Source: the human T2T-CHM13v2.0 reference genome, Homo sapiens. From it: 64,000 nucleotides of DNA. Numbering within the stretch: the first letter of the stretch is position 1; each line of letters begins with the position of its first letter. The translations under genes and the position numbers were made by a program. Of the stretch, positions 12,983 to 25,889 are shown piece after piece. The stretch lies in the NCBI RefSeq assembly GCF_009914755.1, contig NC_060928.1; one strand, written 5' to 3'. The notes under the pieces are model-generated. The model did no database searches and was not told the origin of the DNA. It saw nothing but the letters and a program-made list of their open reading frames with translations.

Positions 12983-15071
12983 GCCTATTATCTCCAGAGA
13001 ATATACTTACCACCAAGAGCCATTCAGTCTAACTTACCGTAATACATAAAACGGCCTGGTAGCATCTAGGTCTGCTTTTTTATTCCACTTCTCTACTTAT
13101 CAAACAGCCTTACTGATTAAATTCAATGAGCAGTAGGCACAATTTTTGATTTGTCTACTGTGCCATTGTTTTTCATTAATACCCCTCCCTCATACTCCTT
13201 TCTATTAAAATAACTTAGGGGGTAAAGCATTGGTGCTTTTCCTTATAGTTGTGAGTTGCAATTTATGTTCAAGAGGCTTTGTGTCTTACATATTAAAGAG
13301 AAGAACATTAGAAAACTTTAGCATTCTAAGCATGATGAATCTCTAAGTTTCAAATTAGAAAAGTCAGCATTTAGAGAGCTACTAGTTTCACTGATTTTTA
13401 TCAAAATGTGATATTCTTATCTTGAATCAATACTATGAAAATTCTTGTTTGAAAAATAGTTCACTTAAAATGGATTTTATTGATTTAGCTATTAAAGGGT
13501 AAAATACATTTCACAATAATTATAAGTTAGAAAAGTAAGGGGAAAACACTAGTCTTCATAAAACTGAATTTGTCTTAAGCTGAAAATGTTTAAGTTATAA
13601 TAATCTGAGTTTTAGCTGGAGATAAATCTATTAATATCTCCCAAGATTGTCATATAAATTAGACTTTCTGAGTAATAAGATATTAATGTCATATGAAAAT
13701 ACTTTTACCTTTACCATACTGGATTTTGATACAACATTATTCTAAAGTATTTCAGAATAAGGAGCTAATTTATCATTTGTGTGAGTTTTTTTCCAGGAAA
13801 TCCAAATATCTGGTTCAAAGTGATATAGACAAAGAAATAAAATTCAGCAACCAGAAGTAATTTAAAGTAATTCTAATTCCTAGGTGCATCTCTTGGAAAA
13901 TGTTAAAAGAGATCTAATGTATAATCTTTTTTTTTCCTATTCCAATTGATTGCCAATTTTCCCCACACCTCAGCTTTCTCGCCTCTCACTTTCACCCCTC
14001 TCCCCTAAACCTCCTTTCCTATCTTGCTTTTCTCTTGACGGGACTTTACTTTCTTTTCCCTCTTGCTTTATATCCTCTGCTATTCTCTTTTTTTCTCAAG
14101 ACAAAATCTCCATGCATTTATCCATCCTTAATTCTATTGTTCAGCCTCTAAAGATGATGCCAATCTGCATGGTAAACTGATTAGGCAGAGGAACAGAGGA
14201 AAACCTGTCTCCTCACACATTAATAATTTCTGTCCCTGTTACACACATATCACCTCTCTTCAAGCAGTCTCAAGATATTTTAAGGTACTCATAATTACAG
14301 TCACCTCACAGCCAACAGTTACCTGTCAATCAAACTTGACAGAAAGACTGAGATTAAGCAATTTTCTCAATTAAATGGAAGATAAGAAGGAATTTGGCTT
14401 AGGGCTCTGACTCCCAAATTAAAATATTTTCCCAGTGAAAACAAAGCCTCTCTAAGGCTTTACATATACAAGCACACTTACTCATCTTCAGAACCCCATT
14501 CACCAGGATGAATAAACTGTTGTCACTACCAAAATAAAGGATCTTGATTAAAATAAAGAAAATTAAACCTGTGACAATGACTTTGTGCAGTCATTAAATG
14601 TGTAACAATTTATTCACAGGATAAATATGCAATTCTGATCATGATGGGCTCTTAAAAGAATTCTTCCAATTATATTTTATACTGCCTAATAAATAAGCAA
14701 AAATGTGAAAAACATTATCTCAACATCTATTTAGGAAATAAGATTGTAGCTAATGTTGTGTAAAATGCAAGGTCACTAGATGTTTCCTTGCTACAATGTA
14801 AAGAAGATCTCAACTCAAAATAACCTATATAATTTTTCAGATTAAAGTGAAAATTGTGATAAGGAAATGATGTAGTCCACTTCTAGCGAATGACCCCAAA
14901 TACTTAATTCTACATGGCTCATACCAGGAATATTAACATAAAATCATATTTTATCAACGTAGAAGACCCAAAAGACAGCAAATATCAGAGAAAATTTCAC
15001 CAGCCTATGAAAAATGAGTGTAGTGTTACATCTGCCCCAGCCTAAAGATCCTAAAGTCAAATATGATTTTA

Positions 15072-15156
15072 TTAGTTTGGTGCAAACATAATTGTGGTTT
15101 TTGCTACTACTTTTCATGGCCAAAAAAAACACACAATTACTTTTGCTCCAACCTAC
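15072..15156. mobile_element. MADE1 (Hsmar1-derived MITE)
   Basis: 'ttagtttggtgcaaacataattgtggtttttgc...aattacttttgctccaacctac' matches the palindromic MADE1 consensus; flanked by TA dinucleotides. Confidence 0.9.
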
Positions 15157-16159
15157 TACCACTAGAAAATATGTATGAAAATAGAAGCATACAACCAATA
15201 ATATGTGTTCTAGTTTCCAAAGTGTAAAAATATATCCATTTTGAGTTTTAGTTAAAAAACCACCTCTTTCAGGAAGCTTCCCATGATAAGGCTAAAACAT
15301 TGTTCCATCTTATTTAATCTCAATGTTTCTAGCACTTTATTTATATTTGATTTGGTATTTAAATATTGCTGGCAGTCAATGCCTATTTTACTTCTTTAAA
15401 GTCATACAAATCTATAAGGCTGTACATGAATAGCAGCCATGTCTCCCTAAACTTTGTAAATTCTTATATTAATACTAGAATCCACAAGTTGTTTAATAAG
15501 TATTGTAACATTGAAAACATACTTTTGATCTTCACTGTGCTGAAACATTTTTAACACTAACTCTGAAAACTGTAAATATTTCCAGCAGAAATTTTGTGTC
15601 CTATATTGTTAGTTTTTTGTTTCTATTTTGTTGGGTTTATATTTAATTCATATTTATATTGTTTCCTTTCTCCATGAATCAGTGCTCTTCTACTTCCTCA
15701 AGATTATCACACAATGTGTCTATATTTTCCTAGTACCTATCTTTACTCTCATGGCCCCTGACCACTAGCTGTTTCAAATTAATTTCACTCTTTTCAAACC
15801 TTATGCCCTTTCCTACTAACTTTCATTTCTCAGAAAACCCTTCCATCTCATCACTCACAGAGAAAATAGAATCCATCTGTACTAGCCCGCCATATCTGTA
15901 GTTTAAGCTGCTGTAACAAAGAGAACCCAATGTTTAAAAAAAAGATACATGCTTGCTTGCTTCTGACAGAACAGTGCAAAGATAGATAAGCAGTCACTGG
16001 GAAGATTATCAAAATTAGATACATTTCTAGCTACCTGTTTGGACAGTCTAAAAAATCACAAGTCAACCTTGACTCCTCTTTCTCCTTCCTTGCCCACCCA
16101 TCAACACGTTAATCATTAATTATCAGTATCTCCTCTGCATGGCTAAAGATAACATGTAC

Positions 16160-16430
16160 AGTGGTTTTTACTGATTGAAGCACTTCATGTGTATTGACTC
16201 CTTTATTCCTCATAACAATGCTGAGTGTCTGGTTCTATCATTATCTGGTTCTATCATTGTCTGGTTCTATCATTATCACCAATTTAGAAAAGAGATACTG
16301 AAGCCCAGAAAGGCTAATAAACAGCCCTGCATCACAATGCTAGTTAAGTTGCAGCACCAGGATTTGGACCCAAAGTCTGTCTATGAGTCTATGTATAGTC
16401 TTAACCCTTAACCATTGCTATAAACTGCTT
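16160..16430 (-). mobile_element. MIR SINE containing a 16-bp triplication
   Basis: 'aagcacttcatgtgtattgactcctttattcctcataacaa...gatactgaagcccagaaagg...ccaggatttggaccca'; TCTGGTTCTATCATT(A/G) x3 at 16228-16275. Confidence 0.75.
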
Positions 16431-16616
16431 CTTTATCCATAACTTCAACATCTCTGGAAGTTGCTCACATCTCACCAATAGAGTTGAGACCATATCATCT
16501 CTTCCCTGTGTGAAGAGTGTCCTCTTACTTGTCTCTGAGCCTCTTCTCTCTCCTCTCCAACCAGAAATATGTTGGATCCTGCTCATACCAGCTCTCTAGC
16601 ACCAATTGTGACCATC

Positions 16617-16713
16617 TTTTTTTTTTTTTTAGACAAAGTCTGGCTCTGTCGCCAGGCTGGAGTGCAGTGGTGCAATCTTGGCTCACAGCAACCTCCGACT
16701 CCCTGGTTGAAGC
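16617..16713 (-). mobile_element. Alu 3' fragment (~95 bp, AluS-like)
   Basis: Poly-T plus 'agacaaagtctggctctgtcgccaggctggagtgcagtgg...ctccgactccctggttgaagc', then an abrupt end. Confidence 0.9.
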
Positions 16714-18134
16714 AAAAAGTGCAAAAAGTGTCTACAAAAGCATTTAATTTTGCCTTTTGCTCCCTGCTGCCTAATGGCTTCTCTCCTACTTCCCTATTAC
16801 CCACTGGGGGGAAGAAAAAGGAAATAAGGGTTTATAGACATCATCTGTGGCATATCCTGGGAAAGAAACTGAGTTCTTTTTATTTTTATGATTTCTAATA
16901 TATTAATGTTAAAATTAAAATCCAGGGCTCCAGTGTTCCATGTTAGCTCTTAGCAGTGATAATCTAATAAAATAATTTAAAAGCTAATATAACAAGCTTA
17001 AATTTGATGCTTGGATTACTTTTTAAAGTGCCTAAGTATTGAGATAAAAACTAATGCTTATGTGACTAGATGGTTAAGCAGACAGTAACTTTTTTTAAGT
17101 GTTAAGTTATATTTGCAAGCAAAGTTACACAGAGTAAGATGCTTAATAACCAGTGTTACTTGTTTCTAGTTGATAAATCTAAAAGCATTGCCAGGATGGT
17201 GGCACATCAAACATTGGCTTATTATGAGTATGTAATTGTATTATTTTCCTACCTTTAGCCACATCTCCACTATCAACCATCTAAATTTAATTTTGTTAAC
17301 AAACGGTTTACCAAACATTAACAATCTATGCTATCTGTTGAAGGCTTGGAGTAGATGTTACCATTTATTTCAAAGAAAAAACAAGCACACACAAACATGG
17401 AATACTACTCCTAAGGATGCAAAAAATTAAGGAGAAATTTTAGATATATATCACAAAGTATAACATCATGATGTTTTTAAATATGTACCTCAGTTATAAG
17501 TAAAACATACAAAAGAGGATGGGCTTACACAGGGACAATTGCTAAAGGGTTTTCTATAACAATACTTTGTCTACATCACTATTTTGGCATGTTTTACTCA
17601 TATCAAAAGACAGACGTACAATCTTAAATATCCAAGATTGTTTCACATAAAACCTAGGCTAATAGCCAAATTGGTCTGAAGTTCTTACTAACAAATGTAG
17701 CTTTCAAAAACAACAAAAGAAATGGCCTGGATACCCATCAAGTAGACAGAATTTATTCTAATTCACTAACTCCCTAGTGTCCTAGTACATTTTGTATTAG
17801 AATAAGGATTGCCTTTGGCTATGGAGTCTACTCCAAAATATGAACATAGTGGAGCAATCATCTTCCACTTAGCTTATTATACATCACAGGGAACGTTAGT
17901 TATGTGTAGTTTAAGGAAATATGTTCTGAATCACAGTAAGTGACTGAAAGGCAAAAGGAGTTATGTCTAGTTCAGGGATCTATATGAGTTGAAGGTTCTG
18001 AAATACAGCAAAACCCGCTAGTAAAAAAAATGAATAAAATTTACTAAATATTGGAAGTGTTAAATCAACTGAAGTTTCAAACAGAAGCATTAACCTAGCA
18101 ATTTTTTAAAAACTAAAAATAAATTACTAAAAAA

Positions 18135-18655
18135 TAAACATATAGTCACCTTAACTGAGTGATCAATGTTAACATCACTAGTAATATGACATATCAATGT
18201 TATGTACTCCCTGATAGAATACACAGGAAAAAGTCCTTCCCCCAAATTCATAACCTCAATCAATCATAAGAAAACATTAAGACAAGTCCAAATGGAAGGA
18301 TGATTTACAAACTACCTGAACAAATGTTAAAAGTCACAAGAGACAAAGAAAGACAAAGGATTTATCACAGATTGGAGGGGATTAAGGACATGGTAAGTAA
18401 ACACAATGTGGGATTCTGGATCAAATCTTGAAAGAGAGAGAGGACATTGGTGGGAAAACTGGGGAAATATGTTAAAGTTCATCATTTGTTAATAGTAATG
18501 TCTCAATGTTCATTTCTTTTTTTTGGCTTTTCATGGTTATGTAAAGTGTTAACCTTTGGGGAAGCTGGGTGAAGACCATGTATGGGAACTGTTCATATTA
18601 TCTTTGTAAATTTTATGTAAGTCTAATATTATGACAAAATTAAGTTTTGAAAGTA
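18135..18655 (+). mobile_element. L1MC/L1MD-like 3' end
   Basis: 'agtgatcaatgttaacatcactagtaat...caatgtgggattctggat...ggacattggtgggaaaactggggaaat...tgtaagtctaa'. Confidence 0.75.
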
Positions 18656-18819
18656 CATAAATTTATAGTATATGGAGAAAAACAGAAATGTGCACAGTTT
18701 ATCATTATACAAAACACACATTTGATGGCCGTCTTATTGATTTGTTGTTTTCTCTTTGATATCTTGTTTTCTTTTCTTTTTTATCTTCTAAGCCTCTGAT
18801 CACTTATCTTAGTCAAGGT

Positions 18820-19045
18820 TGAGCAGATAGAGAAGTACGCACATCCTGTAGCCTGAAAGCCTAGCTTCAGATTCTATTTCTACCACTTACTGTGTGATGT
18901 GGGGCAATTAAATTAACTTTCAGTGCCCAGTTTCTTTATGGTACAAACAGGAAGAATAATATCTGCCACATAGAGCTGTTGTAAAAATAAATGAGTTAAT
19001 ATATGCAAAGCATATGGTAGAGCAGTGTGTGCCCAGAGTGAGTAC
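18820..19045 (+). mobile_element. MIR SINE
   Basis: 'ctaccacttactgtgtgatgtggggcaa...cagtgcccagtttc...aataatatctgccacatagagctgttgt...aaatgagttaatatatgcaaagc'. Confidence 0.75.
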
Positions 19046-19049
19046 CATT

Positions 19050-20645
19050 TGACAGAAACACCAGAATAGTTGAAGACAGAGTACTGTCTTTTACTTCAGA
19101 AACAAAGTGGGACAGCTGTTTCTCTCCCTTTGCTCTCTTGCTGCAATGAAGCTGACATTACTAGGGGGGGCTCAACTAACCAAACACTCCCAATTGGAAT
19201 TTCGATTCCTGAAAGGATAATGAGTGAAGGGGCAAATTAGCAGAATCAAGGAAGCAGAAAATTCCTCACTCCAGCATTCTAGCCACACTCCCCGCAAGTG
19301 GAAATCAGGCTGTGAGCTTCTCTGACTACGTTGTTTCCCGCCCATCTTCCAACCCTGGATCTCCAGTGCTCCTGCAGCTCTGTGAGCCATCATATGCTCT
19401 TCCAACAAATCTCTTTATTCCTTAAATTAAAAAATTAACTCAAAATGGATTAAAGACTTAAATGTAAGATTTCAAACTATAAAAACCCTAGAAGAAAACC
19501 TAGGAAATACCTTTCTTGACATCAGCCTTAGCAAACAATTTGTGGCTAAGTCCTCAAAAGCATTGCAACAAAAACAAAAATTGACAAGTGGGACCTAATT
19601 AAAGATCTGCAGAAGCAGAGCAAAAGAAACTATCAATAGAGTAAACAGACAACTTACAAAATAGGAGAAAATTCACAGACTATGCATTTGACAAAGGTCC
19701 AGAATCTCTAAAGAATTTAAACAAACTAACAAGCAAAAAACAAATAACCCCATGAAAAAGTGGGCAAAGGACATGAACAGAGACTTCTCCAGAGAAGACA
19801 TACAAGAGGCCAACAAACATAAGAAAAAAATGCTCCACATCACTAATCATCAGAGAAATGCAAATCAAAACCACAATAAGATACTATCTCATGCCAGTCA
19901 GAATAGCCATTATTAAAAACCCAAGAAATAACAGATGCTGGCAAGGCTGCGAAGAAAAGGGAACTCTTATACCCTGTTGGAGGGAATGTAAATTAGTTCA
20001 GCCAGTGTGGACAGCAGCTTGGAGATTTCTCAAAAAACTAAAGATAGAACTACCATTTAATGGGATTACTGGGTATATACCCAGTGGAAAATAAATCGTT
20101 CTACCAAAAAGACACATACACTCATGTTTGTTGCAGTAATATTCACAATAGCAAAGACATAGAATCAACCTAGGTGCCCATCAATAGTGGACTGGCTAAA
20201 GAAAATGTGGCACATATACACCATGGAATACTATGAAGCCATAAAAAAAAGAACAAAATCGTGTCCTTTGCAGCAACATAGATGCAACCAGAGGCCACTA
20301 TCCTAAGTGAATTAACACAGAAACAGAAAACCAAATACCTTATGTTCTCACTTACAAGTGGGAACTAAACATTGGATACACATGGACATAAAGATGGGAA
20401 CAAAAGACACTTGGGACTACTGGGGGAAGGAGGAAAAGGGAGGCAAGGGTTGGAAAACCACCTATAGGGTACAATGCTCACTACCTGGGTAACAGTTTCA
20501 TTCATACCCCAAACCTCAGCATATACAATATACCCTGTGACAAACCTGCACATGAATCCCCTGAATCTAAAATAGAAGTTGAAAAGCAAAAATATAAATA
20601 AATAAATAAAATGTCAGTTTCTGTTATTTGCAACTAACCACAACC
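19050..20645 (+). mobile_element. Old MLT1-type MaLR LTR interrupted near its 3' end by an L1
   Basis: 'ctgtgagcca...caacaaatctctttattccttaa' before the L1 and 'gtcagtttctgttatttgcaactaa' after it join to give an MLT1 3' end. Confidence 0.55.
19430..20610 (+). mobile_element. L1PA15/16 or L1PB-like, 5'-truncated (ORF2 3' end + 3'UTR + A-rich tail)
   Basis: ORF 19858-20094 '[20 protein letters not shown]...[14 protein letters not shown]' is ORF2p C-terminus; 3'UTR 'caaacctgcacatgaatcccctgaatctaaaata'. Confidence 0.92.
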
Positions 20646-20701
20646 ATGCTGTGTTTATCTTAATACCAATATCCCATAACCCAGTTTCTAAAGTCTCAGA
20701 G

Positions 20702-21031
20702 GACCAGGCATGGTGGCTTAGGCCTGTAATCCCAGCACTTTAGGAGGCAGGCAGATCACCTCAGGTTAGGAGTTTGAGACCAGCCAGGCCAACATGGTGA
20801 AACCTCATCTCTACTAAAACTACAAAAAAATTAGCTGGGTGTGGTGGTGCACACCTGTAATGCCACCTACTTGGGAGACTGAGGCTGGAGAAGAGTTTGT
20901 ACCCAGGAGGCAGAGGTTGCAGTGAGCCAAGATCACGTTCACTGCACTCTAGACTGGGTGACAGAGCAAGACCCCCTCAAAATAAAAAATAAAATAAAAT
21001 AAAATAAAATAAAATAAAATAATAAAATAAA
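20702..21031 (+). mobile_element. AluS with (AAAAT)n tail
   Basis: Dimeric Alu; degenerate TSD aaagtctcagagga / aaattcttagaaga. Confidence 0.93.
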
Positions 21032-22034
21032 TTCTTAGAAGAGCAGTGTCCTTAAGTTTTGCTTCTGAAAATGTGGTTCACAGACCACACTTTGAACAGG
21101 AATGAAGCTTGTTGAGCTGGTGTTTGAGACAATAAGCTAAAGGGAAAGGAAATCCCACTGGAATGTTGGCTCCTTGAGGAAGAGCACATAGTCTTTCAAG
21201 GAATGTCCCATTTGCCCAGAACACAAGTTTTTCCTAGTCTCGGGATTGACAGTAAACAAAGGTAGATGTCTATTATTCATGGAGACTTAATTGACTTTTA
21301 TAATAATACAACTATTGATTGGACTGATGCAAAAAAAAAATGGCTCATAGTTTGGGTTTGTCCTTAAGACAACCCACTGCAAATCAAACACTGGAATTTC
21401 AATCTGTAACTTTTAATGGATGACTTTTAATAAGACTTTTATATTAGATAAAGGCCATGGCTATCTTTGTGTTTCACAACTGGGAAAAATTTAAGAAGAT
21501 GGAATAATTATCGAAGGGACTAGATTAAAATGTAAATGCTACATTATTTATGTGACAGACAAGAACTCAGGAGAAATTTATTGGCCTTTCAAGAAAAACT
21601 CTTAATTAAAAATTTAGATGATCTGATTATAGAGATAAGCTGTTGCTCAGGCTTATATAGGCTAAGATTTCATAAGAAACTACAAAACAATATTCAAATA
21701 GTGAATCATTTGAATGCACAAGCAGAAATCTCCACAATGTTTTGTGAATTTAATGTGTAATGGACAATGTTTATGCATGGCTAATCAAGAATTCAGAATT
21801 CTAATGGAGACTTATACCATTGTTATGATATTAAAGGTTATTCCCACAGGCAAATATTGTGTTTAATTTTTTAATTCATCCTATTGTAATTCTGATAATT
21901 GCTTGTTTCATAACTGTATTATGGACTTGCTGGATATTTAGTCAACTGCAAACTAGCCAGAAAAAGTAGAAACGCCAATGGAGATCATTTAAAAAATTAT
22001 ACTGCAACTATAAAATAGTAACAGAAAAGGAAAC

Positions 22035-22623
22035 TTGTAAAGGTAAATACAGATTTTGGAGGAAAACAAACATATAATTTAAAATTTTCCCTGGCACCAA
22101 GAGGGGAAAGAGTATTCTCCCTGCCCGCCCTTAGGACACTTGAAGTTTTAAATGCTTTATCTGTCTCTCTGAGGTGTTTATAAATCTTTTTTGAAAGCTT
22201 ACTAAGCCTCTTGCTAGTTCTACATCCTAGGAATGTATTTCCTGAGGCTTCAGAGGCATTTCTTTGAAATGGGAACATCCAAGAGGATGGAAGTCCCCTT
22301 GTTTCCCTATGTCTATGGAATCAAAGTCTAGGCACATGCTCCGTGATGTAATTTCCTGCTTATCATTAAGACACAAGAGGTTTTATTTTATATTTTGATA
22401 AAGACAATGAACATGCATGTAATAGGTTGTATCTGCTTGGCTGTATAAAAGGGTGAGATTTCATTCCCTCTTTTTCATCTCCTTAGCAGATCATCTGTAA
22501 TGTGTGTCACAGTCTGATTTAATGCTTATTCAATAAAAACACTATTTTGTTCTTTTCTACATTTTTATAAAAAGGATTCACTGGTTTAGCAGGAGTTTTA
22601 TTTCTAATTATATTTCCTTAACC
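22035..22623 (+). mobile_element. ERV1 solo LTR, MER67-like
   Basis: 'agcctcttgctagttctacatcctaggaatgt...tctttgaaatg...tgtataaaagggtgagatttc...tttaatgcttattcaataaa...attatatttccttaac'; 5' boundary uncertain. Confidence 0.65.
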
Positions 22624-22704
22624 CAGCTTACCAGTAATGGCGTATAATGGGTATAATTCCTATAGAAGCTAATTACCCTCTCTCTGAATAAGCCCTGGCC
22701 CAGT

Positions 22705-22826
22705 TCTGGAAAGCCATGTAGAATATGTCATTCAACATGAGAAGACTGAATAAAACAAAACTCATCTGGAAAACCATGTAGAATATGTCATTTGACACCA
22801 GAAGATTAAATAAAACAAAGCTGATC
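22705..22826. repeat. 60-bp tandem duplication (2 copies, diverged)
   Basis: TCTGGAAA(G/A)CCATGTAGAATATGTCATT...GAAGA.T.AATAAAACAAA.CT.ATC starting at 22705 and 22765. Confidence 0.9.
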
Positions 22827-23324
22827 AATATAATCTACCAGCAGTGCTGGGCAGCAGAGACACAAAACTTCTAAATAGTGTGTTCTTTTAATGTTAATTC
22901 AACAGCACTCCAATACCAAAATAGGGCACGTAGGAGAAATGCAATTTCAACACACAAGAGAACAGTGTCCTTACGACATGATAAGACACAATGAACCGAA
23001 AACACTTTGAAGGATTTATAATCTGGTAAAGTAAATTTCCCAGAAGGCTGGAGCTGTGCCAATTTTAACTTATTTTTTACAGCATTTGGGTAAAGTGCTG
23101 AGAACACTTTCAGTGTTCCAGGTGATGATGCTGACAAAAGGGAGTGTTCATCAGGTTTGACTGCCTGGATACATGGTTTTATAAAATGGAGAAAGAAGTG
23201 TATTCATGATGCTTTGTAAAGCTAAATAGCCCTTTGATGGTTGCTTGTAGTGCAGGTTATCAATGTAAGACATTTTCATGTCTGTTTTTCTATTCTTGTA
23301 TATAAAGTGTGTGAAATAAAGAAT

Positions 23325-23540
23325 ATTTCCTACACTGTGATCTGTAGAACACCAGTGTCCCATGAGATGTTATCTGTGCTCCATGTGGGAAAAGGGGGGT
23401 TTTCAAGTCAAATAAACCTGAGAATGTTCTTGAAGTTTTACAATCTAGGTTAGCATATTAAAGGTTATGAGAAGCCGCATAATAAAGAAACCCAATTAAT
23501 CAGCACCTCACAAATTATTTGAGCATGAATCCTCCTCCTT
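23325..23540. mobile_element. hAT-Charlie relic, MER103C-like
   Basis: 'ttagcatattaaaggttatgagaagcc...taaagaaacc...caaattatttgagcatg'. Confidence 0.5.
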
Positions 23541-23559
23541 TCTCTTTTCAACAATTTAA

Positions 23560-23810
23560 TAATAATAGCTATTATTTATTGAGCATTTACTATGTATCAG
23601 ACAGTTTTATATACCCTTTTACATGTAATGCAATACTCACTGAATCCTCACAAAAACTATATGAGGAACATGCTATTATTATCTCCATTTTACAAATAAA
23701 AAAACTAAGGCTTAAAAGAGTTAAGTAATTTGCCCAAGAACACAAAGCTGTGGTAGAGGAAGAACTTGCATTCTGGCAAGCCTGACTCTAGAGGCTCCAT
23801 TCTGCTGCCT
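23560..23810 (-). mobile_element. MIR SINE
   Basis: 'atttattgagcatttactatgt...attatctccattttacaaataaaaaaactaaggcttaaaagagttaagtaatttgcccaag'. Confidence 0.85.
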
Positions 23811-24014
23811 CTACTTCCTTAGCAGAGAGCTGCGCATGCTCGGTCCATTCCTTGCCTGGGAAAATTGATTCACTTCAGTTATTTTCATTTATTCCTCTGA
23901 ACGACTTCCATTCTATGGTTGGTTGGAGTTATGTTCCCTGATTTTCATAGCTATCAGCTTCGATGTCATCATTTCATTGTCCTTTCTCTCTGTATTTTGG
24001 AAATACTTCTTCCA

Positions 24015-24170
24015 CAGAGCTCTGTGCCTCAGTTTCCTTGTCTGTAGGAAAGGAATAATACTACCGGCCTCATAGGTTATTATGTTTATTATAAACAAGA
24101 TCTAAAGTGAAAAGTCCTTTGAACAGCAGCTTGCACAAGAACCCAGTAAATATTAATGATGATGCTAATG
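24015..24170 (+). mobile_element. MIR 3' half
   Basis: 'ctctgtgcctcagtttccttgtctgtagg...ataatactaccggcctcataggtt'. Confidence 0.7.
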
Positions 24171-24702
24171 ATTGTTATCAGAATTATTGTTGCTGTTGTC
24201 ATCACTGATTCTGTCTCGACAGAGAGTCAGCCTTTTCATGGATATAGAAAACACTGTTCTGGTAAGAGTTGGGTAACAGCATTTGAGTGCCTAAACATGC
24301 AGTACATATGCAGTAGGAGGATTATGAATCCCTTGTGAGTAGGTATAGATCTTTAATTCTGTCAAGGGCTTGGAGTAAGAAAAGAATAAAAAGTCTTCAT
24401 AGCTACTCTCAGAAAAGCAGGATTTTTATTTTTGTCCATGAGGACTATCCATTGCCTTTTGCAGTCTTATTTACATGGCCTTTCAATGAATGAAAAATCC
24501 TTGTAATCTAGCAGAAGTAAATAAGCAATCCTCATTTTTGTTCCTGTTGTGGCTTTTCATATTTTCCTGTTTTTATATTTAAGGTGGAAGGTGGGAATAA
24601 ATGCAGTAGAGTAGACCAGTAATGTGCTAATTTTAACCAAAATCATGGAATCTTACCTTTAAAGACCATTCTTCAGCAAAATTTATGTATTCTAAATGAC
24701 AC

Positions 24703-24993
24703 TTTTTTTTTTTTGAGATGGAGTCTTGCTGTGTTGCCCAGGCTGGAGTCCAGTGGTGTGATCTCGGCTCACTGCAACCTCTGCCTCCCGGGTTCAAGCA
24801 ATTCTCTGCCTCAGCCCACTGAGTAGCTGGGATTACAGGTGCACACCACCATGCCCAGCTAATTTTTGTATTTTTAGTAGAGACGGGGTTTCACCATGTT
24901 GGTCAGGCAGTTCTCCAACTCTTGACCTCGTGATCCACCCGCCTCGACCTCCCAAAGTGCTGGGATTACAGGTGTGAGCCACCGTGCCTGGCC
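24703..24993 (-). mobile_element. AluS (Sg/Sx-like)
   Basis: Full antisense Alu; TSD TCTAAATGACACT / TCTAAAAACACT. Confidence 0.96.
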
Positions 24994-25132
24994 TCTAAAA
25001 ACACTTCTAAGATGTCTTTCTAGTTCTTTACGTACAACTCAGATAGATTTACCTATCTGAACAGAGCAATTATATGAGTGTAGTGTCATTTCATTCATGA
25101 ATTTTAAAGAAGCCTAACATCTATATAGTTAC

Positions 25133-25624
25133 CGTATTAATCAGCACTCTCCAGAGAAACAGAATCAACAGGATATATATACAAAGAGATTTATTATAGG
25201 AATTGGCTCACACAATTTATGAAAGCCAAAAAGTCCCATGATCTGCCTTCTGCAAAACCAGTGGTATAATTCAGCCCAAGCCCAGAGGTCTGAGAACCAG
25301 GGAAGCCAATGGTATGAGTCCCAATCCAACTCCAAAAACTGGATAACCAGGAGCTCCAATGTCTGAGGGCAGAAGAGGATGGATATCCGAGCTCAAACAG
25401 AAACAAATTCCGCCTTCTTCTGCATTTGTGTTCCAATCAGGCCCTCAACAGATTGGATGACTCCCACCCACATTAGTGAGGGCAATACTCTTTACTTGGT
25501 CCACCAATTCAAATGCCAATTTCTTCCAGAAACACCCTCACAGACATACTCAGAAATAGCATTTTACTAGCTATCTGGGCATCCCTTAGCCTAATTAAGT
25601 TGACACAGAAAATTAAACATCACA
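25133..25624 (-). mobile_element. MLT2B-like ERVL solo LTR
   Basis: 'ctctccagagaaacagaatcaacagga...gagatttattataggaattggctcac...aagttgacacagaaaattaaacatcaca'; perfect 5-bp TSD GTTAC (25128-32 / 25625-29). Confidence 0.9.
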
Positions 25625-25889
25625 GTTACATGTATTTTTAAAGAAATGTGTAAACCAATAAATCAAATAAACTATTTGCAATCCTTGGCCTACAGAGCAA
25701 TAGATTATCACTGGATAGCTTCTTATTCTTTGGATCTAAAACCTGGGACATCATTGGATTTCTAGCCTAGAGCAGTGTCCCTGAACAAAGGCTTTGGGGA
25801 GGCAATCTTTTAGAAACTACCACGTTATTCTCATAGAGATTCTGTTATTTCTCTCTCCCATCACTACCCAGAGAACCAGCGTTACTGAA

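Noticed and set aside
22705-22826. Direct repeats as a CRISPR-like array (also 16228-16275, 57081-57125, 63434-63496)
   Set aside because: Head-to-tail duplications with no unique spacers, in eukaryotic DNA, with no cas-like ORFs.
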